Assembly (NCBI GenBank): GCA_937965735.1
Contig: CALCKU010000033.1
Coordinates: 1 to 58,271, forward strand
Origin: an uncultured Caulobacterales bacterium
GTDB lineage: Bacteria > Pseudomonadota > Alphaproteobacteria > Caulobacterales > Maricaulaceae
Length of the DNA: 58,271 nt
Reading direction: 5' to 3'
Shown: positions 10,529-21,593 of the stretch, piece after piece
Position numbering within the stretch: position 1 is the first letter of the stretch
Layout: the number at the start of each line of letters is the position of its first letter
Position numbers and translations under genes: made by a program
Notes under the pieces: model-generated
Seen by the model: the letters and a program-made list of their open reading frames with translations, nothing else
What the model was told of the DNA's origin: nothing
Databases searched by the model: none

Positions 10529-13500
10529 GAGGCGTTTATACACTGCCCGCAGGCCTTCCCTTTCTTCCAAGCTTGGCGAAAGGCCTCATGGCAGAGTTTG
10601 GTGACCGCCTTTCTGACGCGTTGATTTTGTTACCCACGCGGCGGGCTGTGCGCGGCCTCGGGGATGCCTTTGTCGAGTTGCGCAGAATGGAATCTGTTGG
10701 CGCAACGCTCTTGCCACGTATGCGCCCGCTTGCCGATGTCAATCCTGATGAACCGCCTTTTGAACCCGGAGATTTAGGTTTGGATATCCTACCCGCTATC
10801 CCGTCTATGCAAAGACGGTTTGAGCTTGCGACCCTTGTGCAGGCTTACGAAAATAAAATCTCTGATTTTCCGATTTCGTTGACGGGCGCATTGGCTTTGG
10901 TTGATCCCCTTTTGCAAATTTTGGACGATGCAGATATGGAAGAGGTCGGCCCTACAGGCTTTGCGAAATTGAAAGAAATTGAAGCCTTTGCTGCGCAACA
11001 TTTTCAAAATGCCTCAATTTTTTATACGATTTTACAAGAATATTGGCCCGCCCGTATGCGTGAACTCGGCTATATGGCGCCCAAAGCCCGCCAAGTCGCA
11101 TTATTGAACAAACTCACAAATCTCTGGACAGAACAACCGCCTGATTATCCGGTCATTATTGCCGGTTCAACAGGCACTTTAAAAGCGACGGCTCGGTTGA
11201 TGACATGTGTTTCACAGATGAATGAAGGCTTAATTGTCCTTCCGGGTTTAGACACGCATCTACGCGAGAGCGCATGGCAACATGTAAGTGTCGAACATCC
11301 GCAAGGGGCAATGAAAACTTTAATTGAAACCCTCAATGTTTCGCGTGCGGAGGTCTCAATTTGGCCCGCCGCTTTGGATTTAGATCGTAGGGATTTAAAA
11401 GCGCGGCGGCGTCTAATTTCAGAGACCCTTGTGCCTGTCTCTGAAACCGATGATTGGCCTAACCGTATTCAAACATTGCGTAATGATGAAAAAGAAGCCG
11501 ACCCTTTTATCGAGGGCCTATCTGGCCTGTCTTTGATAGAGGCAGCAACACCGGATGAAGAGGCTTTGTCAATCGCTCTTATTATGCGTGATAGTTTGAA
11601 TCCGCCTAATGACAGTGAAGACAAGAAAACCTGTGCGCTTATCACGCCTGACCCGTCTTTAGCGCGGCGTGTACGTGCGGCTTTGCGGCGTTGGTCGGTG
11701 GACGTTGATTACTCCCAAGGGGAGCCTCTGGAAGAAACCGCCTTAGGCGCGTTTTTAACGCATATTCTCGATCTTGCATGCACGCCTGATTCGCGCGTGG
11801 AGCAGGCGGTTTTATGCAAGCACCCACTTATGGGACTTGGTCGGACGCTTGGCGCGGTAAGAAAAGTTTGGAACCAAAGCGAACGTAATGTCTACCGAAC
11901 GACCCGTCGGACGCCATTAACACAAGATGTTGAAATTGCGGAACGTTTGCAAACACAAATTTTAACTACGATAAAACCTTTAACAGATCTAAAGACTGAA
12001 ACAGCCTTTGTTTGGGCGCGGACTTTGACCCAAGTCGCCGAGACATGTGCCAGCACGGATGAGACTTTGGGGTCTCTTAGGCTTTGGCGCGAAGACGCGG
12101 GCGAAAAGGCCGCCAATATTTTGGAAGGCTTAATGGCTTATGGTGACAGTTTACAGGCCATGACCTTGCCTGAGTTTAAAAAACTGTTCTCTGGCTTGAT
12201 ACGCGGACAAGTCGTGCGACCGCGTTACGGTATGCATCCGCGCTTACAAATTTTAGGCCCGCTCGAAGCGCGCATGTTGACCGCTGATACGATTATCCTC
12301 GGCGGATTAAATGAAGGGATTTGGCCGAGCGGGGCGGGGCAAACCCCTTTTCTATCGCGTTTAATGCGCAGTGAAATTGGCTTATCACTGCCAGAGCGGC
12401 GTTACGGATTGGCTGCCCATGATTTTGCCGAGCTGGCCTCTAACCCGACTGTGATTCTAACGCGGTCCGAGCGCTCTGACGCGGGGCCGACTGTAGCGTC
12501 TCGTTGGATTTGGCGATTGAAAACACTCGTGCGCGGGGCCTTGGGGGACACGCAATCCCTCATTCCCGCCACCCCTTACCAAGCTTGGGCGCAACACCTT
12601 GACTTTGTGCGCGCTGAAACCGTTATAAGTGCCACCCGTCCCGAACCCCGTCCCCCCGTGAATATGCGTTGGCCAGAACCGCGCGGACGGAAATTGTCGG
12701 TTACGCAAATCAAAGTCTGGATTCGCGACCCGTATAGTATTTATGCCAAGATGATTTTAGGCCTTAGCAAACTCGATACGTTAAGCGCAGAGACTGATGC
12801 GCGGGATTACGGCAATGCGCTTCATGCGGGTTTAGAGACTTTTGCTAAACGGATTGTGGACGGTAAGTCTGTGCCGAGCGCACGACATTTACAGGCGGAT
12901 TTTGAACAGGCGTTAAAGGCCAATGGTTTTGCCGATTACGAGATTTCTGCCAATCAAGCGCGTCTTGAAGGCCTCGCACGGGCTTTATGTGAGTGGCATA
13001 CCGAGCGTTTGAAATCGGGGCATTCGATTATTTCGATTGAAGGTGACGGGCATTATAAATTTGAAGATGTTGATTTCACCCTAACGGCTAAAGCGGATTT
13101 AATAACGCGCGGGCCTAGGGGCTATGCTGTGATTGACTATAAAACAGGTCAACCCGCAAGTGTTTCAGAGGTCAAAGCGGGATTTGACCCGCAGCTTCCT
13201 TTGACCGCCTTTATGCTCGCAAAAGGTGCGTTTAAACAGGCACAAGCGGGTGCAAGTGAAGATCTGATTTATATGCGCATTAAAGGCTATGATCTCAATG
13301 CAATGGTCAAGCCGATCACACCACCTGCAAGAAAAGCTATGAGCGCGTCCGAATACGGTGCAGATGCGGATATTCTTTTGCGCCAACTCATATCGGATTA
13401 CGACCTGCAAGAAACGGCTTATGCGTCTCAACCGAGGGCGAAATATACGCATGATTACGGTGATTATGACCATCTTGCGCGGCGGGGTGAATGGGCTCGC

Positions 13501-13539
13501 CTTGGGCTAGAGACGAGTGGGGGCGGAATACATGACTGA
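10525..13539 (+). CDS. addB: Double-strand break repair protein AddB (alphaproteobacterial type)
   Basis: About 1000 aa, directly upstream of and overlapping addA. C-terminal PD-(D/E)XK-like block (DFTLTAKADLI....GYAVIDYKTG). Start set at ATG 10525, overlapping the murU stop (ATGA). Confidence 0.8.
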   Translation: MRGVYTLPAGLPFLPSLAKGLMAEFGDRLSDALILLPTRRAVRGLGDAFVELRRMESVGATLLPRMRPLADVNPDEPPFEPGDLGLDILPAIPSMQRRFELATLVQAYENKISDFPISLTGALALVDPLLQILDDADMEEVGPTGFAKLKEIEAFAAQHFQNASIFYTILQEYWPARMRELGYMAPKARQVALLNKLTNLWTEQPPDYPVIIAGSTGTLKATARLMTCVSQMNEGLIVLPGLDTHLRESAWQHVSVEHPQGAMKTLIETLNVSRAEVSIWPAALDLDRRDLKARRRLISETLVPVSETDDWPNRIQTLRNDEKEADPFIEGLSGLSLIEAATPDEEALSIALIMRDSLNPPNDSEDKKTCALITPDPSLARRVRAALRRWSVDVDYSQGEPLEETALGAFLTHILDLACTPDSRVEQAVLCKHPLMGLGRTLGAVRKVWNQSERNVYRTTRRTPLTQDVEIAERLQTQILTTIKPLTDLKTETAFVWARTLTQVAETCASTDETLGSLRLWREDAGEKAANILEGLMAYGDSLQAMTLPEFKKLFSGLIRGQVVRPRYGMHPRLQILGPLEARMLTADTIILGGLNEGIWPSGAGQTPFLSRLMRSEIGLSLPERRYGLAAHDFAELASNPTVILTRSERSDAGPTVASRWIWRLKTLVRGALGDTQSLIPATPYQAWAQHLDFVRAETVISATRPEPRPPVNMRWPEPRGRKLSVTQIKVWIRDPYSIYAKMILGLSKLDTLSAETDARDYGNALHAGLETFAKRIVDGKSVPSARHLQADFEQALKANGFADYEISANQARLEGLARALCEWHTERLKSGHSIISIEGDGHYKFEDVDFTLTAKADLITRGPRGYAVIDYKTGQPASVSEVKAGFDPQLPLTAFMLAKGAFKQAQAGASEDLIYMRIKGYDLNAMVKPITPPARKAMSASEYGADADILLRQLISDYDLQETAYASQPRAKYTHDYGDYDHLARRGEWARLGLETSGGGIHD

Positions 13540-16500
13540 TCGCCGCCCTGAATCTATCAAGCCTGAATCTGTCAATCCTGAATACAAACAAGCCGTTCAA
13601 GCCCAAAGTCAGGCCGCCCACCCCAAATATACGCGCCTTGTTTCAGCGAATGCAGGGTCGGGTAAAACCCGTGTCTTGGTAGACCGTGTTTCGCGTATTC
13701 TCTTATCGGACACTGCGCCTGAAAAAATACTCTGCTTGACCTATACAAAGGCGGCAGCGTCAGAAATGCAAGCGCGCCTGTTTGACACTTTAGGAGAATG
13801 GTCGGTTATGCCAGCAGAGGCCTTAAAAGATAAATTACAAGCCTTGCTGGGAACAGATCGTGATTTACCTGATTTGAAAACCGCGCGGGCTTTATTTGCG
13901 AAAGCTTTGGAAACACCCGATGGTTTGAAAGTCCAAACTATTCATGCCTTTTGTGAGCGTATAGTGTCGCGCTTTCCAATCGAATCGGGTATTTTGCCGG
14001 GGTTTGAGCCGCTTGATGATAGCGATATGCGGGTTTTGCAAGACCGTGTGAAACAAGCGCTTTTACAGGCCTGTGCTGAACAGGCTGACGGGCCATTAAA
14101 CCAAGCCTTACAAACTCTTGCGGTTGAAAAAGCCGACCAGACCTTAGACAGCCTGTTTGAATGGATGGGTTATAACGGCGATAAAATCCAAATATGGGCC
14201 CAAACGGGCCTGGGGCCTCTCGCAGAAATTCTAGGTATAGACGCGCGCGCAACAGTAGAGGATGCGGGGCATCGCGCATGGACAGAATTTGATCCGAACA
14301 CGCGCCGCGCAAAGGCCGCAGAGTTAGGCGAAAGCCCGTCTGTTACCGATCAAAAAATTGCGCGCAAGATGTTGGATGCTTTTGATTTTGATATTTCTGA
14401 GCCTCAAAGCCCAACTCAAACGCCCGTACAAATGTCTGTACAAACACCTATCGTAGCGACTGGCCAAACTGTTTCTAAAAATGTGGCGCGGCGCTCTACA
14501 GAAGCTTTCTTAATCTACGCGCAAGCTTTTTTAACCCAGAGCGGTGATTTGCGTAAAAAGATCACAACACAGCAAGCTTTGCCGAGCGTGCAAAATTTCT
14601 TTGCACCAGACGGGGCCGAAGTCACGCGTGTCATGCAGGCTTTGCAAAATATTCGCAGCGCACATTGTCTAGAGATGACGCGAGCGGTTTTTGTTCTGGC
14701 CCAAGATTACACAAAACGGTTTGAGGCTTTCAAGCGCTTGGATCGCCGCCTAGATTTTAGCGATCAAATCCTGCTTGTGCGCGACCTTTTGATCAATTCT
14801 GAAGTCTCGGACTGGGTGCGTTATAAGCTTGACGGAGGCGTTGAACATATCCTCTTGGACGAGGCGCAAGACACGGCTCCGACACAGTGGGAAATTATTG
14901 ACGCGCTTGCAGAACCGTTTTTTCAAGACAGTCCCGAACGTATGAAACATGTTCCGCGCACTCTTTTTGCGGTTGGGGATGAAAAGCAATCCATTTACTC
15001 TTTTCAAGGCGCAGAGCCTGAAAAATTTTTAGATAAAATACAATATTATACCGCGAGTCATTTGGATGTTCGTGGCAAAAGCCAGCAAGTTCGAATGCGT
15101 ATGTCATTTCGATCTGCGCCTGAAATCTTGAAATTTGTTGATCAAATCTTTGTCAAAGAGCAAGGGCGTCAACGCATGTTTGATCCTGCGCGTCATCCGC
15201 CTGCGTCTGACCTTGATGGTCATACCGCTCATCGTTCGGATTCAGGTCGGGTCGAGTTTTGGCCGCTCGCCTTTAAGCCCGACATAGAAAAAGAGCGCGA
15301 AGCGTGGGACACCCGGCCCGTTAATGCCCTCGCCTCGGGCGACCAAAGGGAGCAATTAGCCTTGGGGCTTGCGCGTACGATCAAACACTGGTTAGCAGAC
15401 AAAACACCTATTTTTGACCGAGATTTGAAAACGACCCGCCCGATGAAGGCGGGTGATATTTTGATTTTAGTGTGCCAAAGAAATGCATTTTTTGACGCTA
15501 TCATTCGAAATTTAAAAGCAGAAGGGGTTGCGGTTGCGGGGGCAGACCGCTTAAAATTAAAAGATTCAATTGCCGTGCAGGATTTACTCGCGCTTGCGCG
15601 GTTTGTTCTCTTGCCAACGGATGATTTATCATTGGCAGAAGTTTTAAAAAGCCCGCTTTTTGGGTTTGATGAAGCGGCCTTGTTTGACGTTGCCACACGC
15701 CGCGATCAGAATAGTCTTTGGCAGACGTTAAGAACACGCCGCCCTGAAACCGCCGCGCGCTTATCCGAATTAATACTCTATTCACGGCGCTTGGCCCCTT
15801 ATGAATTTTTTGCCCGTGTTCTGGCGACCCTGAATGCGGCCGGTATCAGTCTGACGCAATGTTTTTATCAAAGGCTTGGTATGGAGGCCAAAGATGCGCT
15901 TGAAGCCTTTTTATCAATCGCGCTCTCACACCAAAGGCAGAACGCGCCGTCCTTGCAACATTTCATTACGCATTTCGAGCGTGATGACCCTATTTTAAAA
16001 CGAGAAATGGATACGGTCAGTGCTGGTTTGGGGCAAGTACGCGTTATGACTGTCCACGGTGCAAAAGGCCTAGAAGCGCCCGTGGTCTTTTTACCCGATA
16101 CGACACAAGTCCCGACATTAAGGGGGCCGTTAACCGCAATCGGTACAGAAAGTGGCGATGGCGGTTTTGTCCTCTCTGGGGCCAGCGCTATACGGCCTAC
16201 AGCCCTAGAGCCATATATTGAAGCGCGTAAAGCCCGCGATATGCAGGAATATATGCGCCTGCTTTATGTCGCAATGACACGCGCGGAGTCGCGCTTGATT
16301 ATTTGTGGCTATCAAGATGGGCGCAAAACTGTGGGCTATAGTGAAGGCGCGTGGTATCAAGAGGTCGAACGCGCATTTGCTGGCTTAACAACAGAGACGA
16401 TTGAAACGCCTTTTGGTGAGGGTTTGGCCTTCGGGGCGGGGGCAGCGCCCCTACCGAGTGCAGTGCAAACCGGTCAGCCTAAGACGGACATAGATATACC

Positions 16501-17170
16501 CGATTGGGCGCGACAAGCGGCCCCGTCCGAAAGCTTGCCTTATCAACGCGTCACACCTTCGCATTTACTCGTCGAAGACAATCAGGCTTCTGCCCCAGTC
16601 CGTTCGCCGCTTAACCACCAAGCCGAGATACGCTACGGGCGCGGTGTTTTAATTCATAAACTGCTTGAAATTCTACCCGATATTGAAAAAACACGCCGCG
16701 AAGCCATTGGTCGCGCTTATTTAAGTCTGCACATTCAGGATAAGGATGATTCAGAGCGTAAGGCTTTGCAAATAGACACAATCTTGGCCGAAGTCATGGC
16801 CGTCTTAAACGCCCCTGAATTTTCCGAGATTTTTGGCATTGGATCCCGCGCAGAAGTCTCGCTTGCGGGGCGGGCCAAGACTTTGCCTAAGACCCTGTAT
16901 CTAAATGGCCAGATCGACCGCTTATGTGTCACCGATGAAAACGTTTATATTGTGGATTATAAATCCAACCGCCCGCCACCAAAATCACCCGCGGGGGTCG
17001 CGCCGCTCTACCTTGCGCAAATGGCGGCTTACCGTGAGCTTGCGCGCGAAATTTACCCAGATAAGGCAATTGTCTGTGCGCTTTTATGGACGGATGGGCC
17101 TGATTTAATGGTACTGGATGATTTCCAACTTGACGAAGCCTTGACGCAGGTTAAGCGGCTTCTTACTTAA
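13532..17170 (+). CDS. addA: Double-strand break repair helicase-nuclease AddA (UvrD/Rep family)
   Basis: Walker A SANAGSGKTRVL, LCLTYTKAAA, ILLDEAQDT, FAVGDEKQSIYSFQGA, VMTVHGAKGLEAP, LLYVAMTRAE, and a C-terminal nuclease block GQIDRL......YIVDYKS. ATG 13532 overlaps the addB stop. Confidence 0.85.
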   Translation: MTDRRPESIKPESVNPEYKQAVQAQSQAAHPKYTRLVSANAGSGKTRVLVDRVSRILLSDTAPEKILCLTYTKAAASEMQARLFDTLGEWSVMPAEALKDKLQALLGTDRDLPDLKTARALFAKALETPDGLKVQTIHAFCERIVSRFPIESGILPGFEPLDDSDMRVLQDRVKQALLQACAEQADGPLNQALQTLAVEKADQTLDSLFEWMGYNGDKIQIWAQTGLGPLAEILGIDARATVEDAGHRAWTEFDPNTRRAKAAELGESPSVTDQKIARKMLDAFDFDISEPQSPTQTPVQMSVQTPIVATGQTVSKNVARRSTEAFLIYAQAFLTQSGDLRKKITTQQALPSVQNFFAPDGAEVTRVMQALQNIRSAHCLEMTRAVFVLAQDYTKRFEAFKRLDRRLDFSDQILLVRDLLINSEVSDWVRYKLDGGVEHILLDEAQDTAPTQWEIIDALAEPFFQDSPERMKHVPRTLFAVGDEKQSIYSFQGAEPEKFLDKIQYYTASHLDVRGKSQQVRMRMSFRSAPEILKFVDQIFVKEQGRQRMFDPARHPPASDLDGHTAHRSDSGRVEFWPLAFKPDIEKEREAWDTRPVNALASGDQREQLALGLARTIKHWLADKTPIFDRDLKTTRPMKAGDILILVCQRNAFFDAIIRNLKAEGVAVAGADRLKLKDSIAVQDLLALARFVLLPTDDLSLAEVLKSPLFGFDEAALFDVATRRDQNSLWQTLRTRRPETAARLSELILYSRRLAPYEFFARVLATLNAAGISLTQCFYQRLGMEAKDALEAFLSIALSHQRQNAPSLQHFITHFERDDPILKREMDTVSAGLGQVRVMTVHGAKGLEAPVVFLPDTTQVPTLRGPLTAIGTESGDGGFVLSGASAIRPTALEPYIEARKARDMQEYMRLLYVAMTRAESRLIICGYQDGRKTVGYSEGAWYQEVERAFAGLTTETIETPFGEGLAFGAGAAPLPSAVQTGQPKTDIDIPDWARQAAPSESLPYQRVTPSHLLVEDNQASAPVRSPLNHQAEIRYGRGVLIHKLLEILPDIEKTRREAIGRAYLSLHIQDKDDSERKALQIDTILAEVMAVLNAPEFSEIFGIGSRAEVSLAGRAKTLPKTLYLNGQIDRLCVTDENVYIVDYKSNRPPPKSPAGVAPLYLAQMAAYRELAREIYPDKAIVCALLWTDGPDLMVLDDFQLDEALTQVKRLLT
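13547..13585. repeat. 15-bp tandem repeat x2.6 (cctgaatct[a/g]tcaa[g/t])
   Basis: Head-to-tail copies at 13547-13561 and 13562-13576, with a partial copy at 13577-13585. They encode PESIKPESVNPE at the AddA N-terminus. Confidence 0.85.
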
Positions 17171-17200
17171 ACTAGGAATGATTAATTTAGGGAGTTTCTA

Positions 17201-17521
17201 ATGGCAACCATTGCGGTGAGTGATACAAGTTTTAAAGACGATGTAATCGGGTCTTCTGCGCCTGTACTCGTGGACTTTTGGGCTGAATGGTGTGGTCCGT
17301 GTAAACAAATTGGCCCTGCGCTTGAAGATATAGCGGCGGAAATGGGCGACAAGATGAAAGTCGCAAAAGTCAATATTGATGATAATCCAGAGACGCCTGC
17401 AAAATTTCATGTGCGCGGCATTCCAACGCTGATGATTTTCAAAGACGGTCAAGTGGTTGCGACCAAAGTTGGTGCAATGACGAAAACCAAATTACAAGAA
17501 TGGGTTTCGGAGCATACTTAG
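17201..17521 (+). CDS. trxA: Thioredoxin
   Basis: 106 aa with VLVDFWAEWCGPCK and RGIPTLMIFKDG. Confidence 0.95.
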   Translation: MATIAVSDTSFKDDVIGSSAPVLVDFWAEWCGPCKQIGPALEDIAAEMGDKMKVAKVNIDDNPETPAKFHVRGIPTLMIFKDGQVVATKVGAMTKTKLQEWVSEHT

Positions 17522-17657
17522 GCCCTAATCAAAGGCCGATTATCTTATCATTTTGTATAATAATTTGTGCGCTTAAACGCGGTACGAATGGTCAATGTCA
17601 TTTCAGATAATAATCTCACGGCGCATAGAGTATATGGGCCGTTTTTATTGGAAGCGG

Positions 17658-19040
17658 TTATAGTTTTAAAACCTCACCTGCAAGATAGAGAGAGCCGCAG
17701 ATTAGAATACGCGGCGGGATGACGGGCTGTTCCTGCGTGTCCCGCGAAAGGGCTTCACCCGTATTGATTGCCCGTTGGACTGCGTCAATGAGATTGCTTG
17801 AGATTTGGCCAAGCATGTTTCGAGCGCTCGCCAATTCTATCAAAGTTTCAGGGGCGAGCGCGCTATGTCCGGGTATATCCACCCCGATCACGGCGCTGGC
17901 AAGGCCTTCAAACGCATCCAGAAAGCCGCCTATATCCTTATTCGATAAAATTCCCGTAATCAGGATGAGCGGTTTGGGCGACTGGCTTTCGAGTTCGGCC
18001 ATATAACTTGCAACCGCGCGCGCGGCATGCGGGTTATGCCCGCCGTCGAGCCATAATTCGGCTTTCGCGTCACGCGCCATATCCGCGAGGGCTCCGCGGG
18101 TTAGTGACTGCATTCGCGCAGGCCAAGACACCGCAGAGAGGCCGTCTTTAATCGCGCGTTCAGAGAATTGCATTTCGCGTGCGATCGAAATCGCAAGGCC
18201 TGCATTCATAATTTGATGCTGACCCGCAAGCGCTGGTAAGGGTAGGTCTAGGAGCGTATCTTCGCTTTCAAAAACAAGCCGTCCTTGTTGTTTATAGCTA
18301 CGGTATTCTTGGCCCCATATATTGGGTTTGACTGCGTGTTGTGCAGCTTCCGCGTCGAGCACAGCATTCACTAAGTCCGATTGTTTTCCAATATGGACAG
18401 GGACATGACGTTTCATAATACCCGCTTTTTCGCGCGCAATACCCGCAAGGTCACGGCCCAAGAACTCGGCGTGATCATAATCAATCGGCGTAATGCCGAC
18501 GCAAGCGGGTGTAATGACATTGGTCGCGTCAAAGCGTCCGCCAAGGCCCACCTCTATGATGCAAATATCAGCGGGTGTTTCCGAAAATGCAAGGAACATG
18601 GCTGCCGTAGTCGCTTCAAAGAATGAGAGCGGTGCGCCTTTATTGGCCGCGCGAACTCTTGATAAAACATCGACGAGTTTTGCATCGGAAATCTGTTCGC
18701 CCGCCAGTACAATTCTTTCATTAAATTTCACAAGATGTGGGGATGTATAGACATGCGCTTTTAAGCCCCCCGCCTTAGAAAATGCGCTCAGATATGCGAC
18801 TGTTGAGCCTTTCCCGTTCGTCCCTGCAATATGTATAACAGGGGGAAGTCTTTTCTGGGGATTACCGAGCGCATTCAACACGGCCAAAATACGGTCTAGC
18901 CCTAAATCGATCTTTTTGGGATGTAAGGCTGATAAGGTCGCCAAGGCTTGTTCAACAGTCTCACCCACAGCTTTGCCTATCGTTTTGCTAGGGGGTGCGT
19001 TCTGGGGGGCGTTCTGGGATTCGTCCTGAGTTTCAGCCAT
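17658..19040 (-). CDS. folC: Bifunctional folylpolyglutamate synthase / dihydrofolate synthase
   Basis: Mur-ligase P-loop HIAGTNGKGST, then YTSPHL, EVGLGGRFDATN, DHAEFLG and DGGHNPHA. Confidence 0.9.
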   Translation of the reverse strand: MAETQDESQNAPQNAPPSKTIGKAVGETVEQALATLSALHPKKIDLGLDRILAVLNALGNPQKRLPPVIHIAGTNGKGSTVAYLSAFSKAGGLKAHVYTSPHLVKFNERIVLAGEQISDAKLVDVLSRVRAANKGAPLSFFEATTAAMFLAFSETPADICIIEVGLGGRFDATNVITPACVGITPIDYDHAEFLGRDLAGIAREKAGIMKRHVPVHIGKQSDLVNAVLDAEAAQHAVKPNIWGQEYRSYKQQGRLVFESEDTLLDLPLPALAGQHQIMNAGLAISIAREMQFSERAIKDGLSAVSWPARMQSLTRGALADMARDAKAELWLDGGHNPHAARAVASYMAELESQSPKPLILITGILSNKDIGGFLDAFEGLASAVIGVDIPGHSALAPETLIELASARNMLGQISSNLIDAVQRAINTGEALSRDTQEQPVIPPRILICGSLYLAGEVLKL

Positions 19041-19108
19041 GGTAGACCCTTATTTCATGCCCTATTCGTGACAGGCTTAGTTGGTTGACGTGGCCAACGC
19101 GTCAAAGC

Positions 19109-19975
19109 TTAAGCGCTTTGTTTGACTAAGTCTGATTTCATCAAGACCGCGAGCAAATTTGATAGGGTTTCGCGCATAGCCTTTCGAGACACGACCTTGT
19201 CGATCATACCCTTTTCTTCGAGATATTCAGCGCGTTGAAAGCCTTCGGGTAATTTTTCACGAATAGTATCTTCGATCACGCGTGGCCCCGCAAAGCAAAT
19301 TAAAGCCCCAGGCTCTGCCAGATGAACATCACCAAGCATAGCGTAACTGGCCGTAACGCCTCCCGTTGTCGGGTCACATAAGACAACAATATAAGGCAGA
19401 CCGTTTTCACGCAGGCGTTGCACGGCGATTGTGGTGCGCGGCATCTGCATTAAAGATAAAGCGCCTTCTTGCATACGGGCACCGCCTGCTGCCGTGAATA
19501 CGACTAAGGGCAATTTATGCTCGCATGCGTAATCAGCGGCTTTAATAAAGCCCTCACCGGCCGCCATACCAAGCGATCCACCCATAAACGCAAAATTTTG
19601 TACAAGGACAACACTTTTGATACCGTTTATCTCGCCAACCCCGATAGACATGGCGTCTTTATCACCAGTTTTAGCACGCGCCGCCTTTAAGCGATCAACA
19701 TACCGCTTATCGTCCTTAAATTTTAATGGGTCTTTGGCAACATTGGGCGTCTCAACGGCCAAATATTCACCATTATCGAATGTATAGCCGAGCCGAAGTT
19801 TTGGCCCGATCCGCATATGATGTCCCGCAGGCGTGACATGCATAAGACCGTCAAGGTCGGCTGAAAATACCATTTCACCCGACTTTGGACATTTAATCCA
19901 AAGATTGTCAGGTGTATCTTTCTTGGTGAAGATGTTCTTGACCCCAGGGGGGGTGAGTTTTGTTAGCCAATTCAT
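19109..19975 (-). CDS. accD: Acetyl-CoA carboxylase carboxyltransferase beta subunit
   Basis: [19 protein letters not shown] and GGARMQEG motifs. Sits immediately upstream of folC (the classic accD-folC pair). Confidence 0.9.
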   Translation of the reverse strand: MNWLTKLTPPGVKNIFTKKDTPDNLWIKCPKSGEMVFSADLDGLMHVTPAGHHMRIGPKLRLGYTFDNGEYLAVETPNVAKDPLKFKDDKRYVDRLKAARAKTGDKDAMSIGVGEINGIKSVVLVQNFAFMGGSLGMAAGEGFIKAADYACEHKLPLVVFTAAGGARMQEGALSLMQMPRTTIAVQRLRENGLPYIVVLCDPTTGGVTASYAMLGDVHLAEPGALICFAGPRVIEDTIREKLPEGFQRAEYLEEKGMIDKVVSRKAMRETLSNLLAVLMKSDLVKQSA

Positions 19976-20150
19976 AAAGGCCGTTTTGCCTCATTTCTCA
20001 CAGGGTCGCAATAGCCTATATGCGGTGCAATGCGTCTTTGATTTTAAAAATATTGCTTAATGAGGTCGTTAATTTTATCCTTAAAATTTGACATCTTGCG
20101 TTTGACGCGCAATGAAAATCTCTTGAATAAGGGCCTAAATTTGGACCCTA

Positions 20151-21593
20151 TTGAACATGTCAGGGCGCATTATGACTATTGTTTCTAGCGTATATCCGAT
20201 GATACAAAAGACCAACGAAATGGCCCTGCCAATCCTGCAAGACGCTGTCCCGAGTTCGCCTATTCTGTCAAAGACCCGCAGGGTTGAGGACATGCTCTTA
20301 AGTGCGAACTCTTACATGCAAAAATTTTTAGAAAACGTACTTTCTGTTGATATGATTTGGCAGTTAATTGCCGTTTTTATCGCCTTCGCATTTGGATGGA
20401 TGGCCTCTCGGCACCCGCAAAAGCGTTTTCACAATTTAGCCACGGCGCGTTCCCAGCGGGATATTCTATATAATATTTACAGCGCCCTATCGGCTTCATT
20501 ATGGCCAGTATTTTCAGTTGTGTTCATTTGGGGCTTTTTGTTCCTTTTCCGAGTCCTTGACATACCGACCCATACGCTTCGCGTTATTGTCGGTCTTGTA
20601 AATGCGTGGATTGTTGTCCGTCTTTTAACGAAAAATATGAAGTCAGGCACATTTAAAACCTTTGTGGCTTTGTTTGCATGGGGCATAGCCGCTCTGTATA
20701 TTTTGCGTTTGCTACAACCCCTAATTACCACTTTAGATCAAGCGGGGTTTAATGTTGGCAATACACGAATTTCAATTTTCCAAGTCTTAGCCAGCATAGT
20801 TTTTGCCTTTGCTGCGCTCTGGATTGGTCGCGTCGCAGGGGATGCCGCACAAGCACATTTGAAATCGAGCCCACGCCTGACTCCGTCTATGGCTGGCCTT
20901 TTGGGGCAAGTGGCCAAAATTGCATTTATGGTTTTATCCCTTGTCATTGCCCTTTCAATGGTCGGTATTCAGATGTCTAGCTTTGCCTTTCTCGGCGGGG
21001 CGATCGGGGTCGGTATTGGTTTTGGTCTACAATCTATATTCTCAAACTTTATCTCGGGGATTATTATCTTGTTTGAGCGCTCTATAAAGGTTGGAGATTT
21101 TATTGAATTACAATCGGGCGTGCGCGGGGAAGTCAAAGAAATCAATATTCGTTCCACACTTGTGACGACTAATGACACCGTCGATATTCTGATACCGAAT
21201 GAAGAATTTATAAAAGCTCAAGTGATTAACTGGACGCTTCGCGACCCGCGTAGACGCCTTCGCATTCCGTTCGGTGTGGCGTATGGTACCGATAAAGAGA
21301 TCGTTAAAAAAGCGGCTCTCGAAGCCGCGCAAGCGGTTGAGTGGACGGAACATCACGACCCAAGCCGCGCCCCTGCTGTCTGGTTAACTGAATTTGGTGA
21401 CAGTAGTTTGAATTATGAATTGGTTGTTTGGCTCAATTCGACTGCAGTAAAAAAACCCGCTCGAGTTCATGCCGATTATAATTGGGCATTACACAGCGCA
21501 CTTGAAAAATACGGTCTTGAAATTCCGTTCCCACAACGCGACCTTAATATTCGTCAACCCGCAGAATTATCTGTTCGGATCGCTAAAGATTGA
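20151..21593 (+). CDS. Mechanosensitive ion channel family protein (MscS-like)
   Basis: Multiple N-terminal TM helices, then the MscS core (GVGIGFGLQSIFSNFISGIIILFERSIKVGDFIE....G.V.EI.IRST). Start is uncertain: TTG 20151, ATG 20157 or ATG 20172. Confidence 0.8.
   Translation: MNMSGRIMTIVSSVYPMIQKTNEMALPILQDAVPSSPILSKTRRVEDMLLSANSYMQKFLENVLSVDMIWQLIAVFIAFAFGWMASRHPQKRFHNLATARSQRDILYNIYSALSASLWPVFSVVFIWGFLFLFRVLDIPTHTLRVIVGLVNAWIVVRLLTKNMKSGTFKTFVALFAWGIAALYILRLLQPLITTLDQAGFNVGNTRISIFQVLASIVFAFAALWIGRVAGDAAQAHLKSSPRLTPSMAGLLGQVAKIAFMVLSLVIALSMVGIQMSSFAFLGGAIGVGIGFGLQSIFSNFISGIIILFERSIKVGDFIELQSGVRGEVKEINIRSTLVTTNDTVDILIPNEEFIKAQVINWTLRDPRRRLRIPFGVAYGTDKEIVKKAALEAAQAVEWTEHHDPSRAPAVWLTEFGDSSLNYELVVWLNSTAVKKPARVHADYNWALHSALEKYGLEIPFPQRDLNIRQPAELSVRIAKD

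Noticed and set aside
19850-19975. AccD N-terminus lacks the four-Cys zinc ribbon (KCPKSGEMV...TPAGHHMRI instead of CPKC...CPKC)
   Set aside because: The rest of the protein is intact. I believe loss of the zinc ribbon is typical of alphaproteobacterial AccD, so it is probably a lineage trait rather than a defect. I could not verify this without an alignment.
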